In this document: piece by piece, positions 26,617 through 26,987 of the stretch
How the letters are laid out: every line of letters begins with the position of its first letter
How positions within the stretch are numbered: position 1 is the stretch's first letter
DNA from: a bacterium
GTDB lineage: Bacteria; SZUA-182; DTGQ01; JAFGSM01
Assembly: GCA_049472315.1 (NCBI GenBank)
Contig: JBLIRN010000038.1
Location: 1-26,987, forward strand
Direction of reading: 5' to 3'
DNA length: 26,987 nt
Position numbers and translations under genes: made by a program
The notes under the pieces: generated by a model
Database searches by the model: none
What the model was told of the DNA's origin: nothing
Seen by the model: only the letters and a program-made list of their open reading frames with translations

Positions 26617-26987
26617 GCCGGTTGACCCTCCCATACCTTTTCGGCCTTGTGTATTGATCGATGAGAGGGGTTGCGGCGTTCATGAGCAGGATGGAGAATG
26701 ACACCCCCTCCGGATACCCACCGAAAAGTCGTATGATACCTGTCAGAAGACCGCATCCCACCCCAAAAATGATCTGCCCCTTTACGGTTACAGGGGATGT
26801 CACATAATCGGTGGCCATGAAGCAGGCCCCCAGGACGAGACCTCCTGCCAGGAGATGAAACAGGGGATTGGCATATTTCTGGGGGTTGGCCGCCCAGAAG
26901 ATCCCGGTGAATACCACCACCGTACCCATGTAGCTCACCGGTACGTGCCAGGTCACATACCCCTTCCACAACAAGAAAATGAATCCC
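26609..26987 (-). CDS. rnfD: Rnf complex subunit D, 3' portion (5' end outside the window)
   Basis: [32 protein letters not shown] and P.IDQYTRP. Confidence 0.93.
   Translation of the reverse strand, partial: GFIFLLWKGYVTWHVPVSYMGTVVVFTGIFWAANPQKYANPLFHLLAGGLVLGACFMATDYVTSPVTVKGQIIFGVGCGLLTGIIRLFGGYPEGVSFSILLMNAATPLIDQYTRPKRYGRVNRHA

Noticed and set aside
338..26969. Numerous antisense and alternative-frame ORFs in the track (e.g. 1872-2690 minus, 5029-5823 plus, 11157-11972 plus, 20826-21578 minus)
   Set aside because: They overlap well-supported genes, lack motifs, and are expected shadow ORFs in GC-rich coding DNA.

Overview
GC-rich chromosomal window, probably from an anaerobic Gram-negative bacterium. 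A Desulfobacterota/'deltaproteobacterial' origin is inferred from gene content only. In order it holds a PLP aminotransferase, a YedE/TusA-like/DUF3343/YjeF-like-kinase S/Se-handling operon, and an NSS transporter divergent from a DUF72 gene plus a RuBisCO-like protein fused to a cupin. Next come an outer-membrane beta-barrel divergent from a sigma54-type promoter and a NosD-like beta-helix protein, then aspS-PHP-amidohydrolase, a 52-bp tandem array abutting tRNA-Leu(GAG), and a cell-wall amidase. The window ends with a Spy/CpxP-like protein, a DUF39/NIL-ferredoxin homocysteine synthesis pair, a 1288-aa multi-PAS/GAF sigma54 activator, and the 3' part of an rnf(C)DGEAB operon. No transposase, integrase or cas gene is visible. 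The best candidates for undescribed biology are three. (1) An activator - phased TGAGACA enhancer array - sigma54 promoter - ORF-less structured RNA module, whose pyrimidine-rich segment is complementary to the rnfB ribosome-binding site and to the leader of the outer-membrane protein gene. (2) A single-chain RLP-cupin fusion matching two consecutive steps of the MTA-isoprenoid shunt. (3) The 52-bp array at the tRNA 3' end. All family assignments are from motif recognition; no searches were run.
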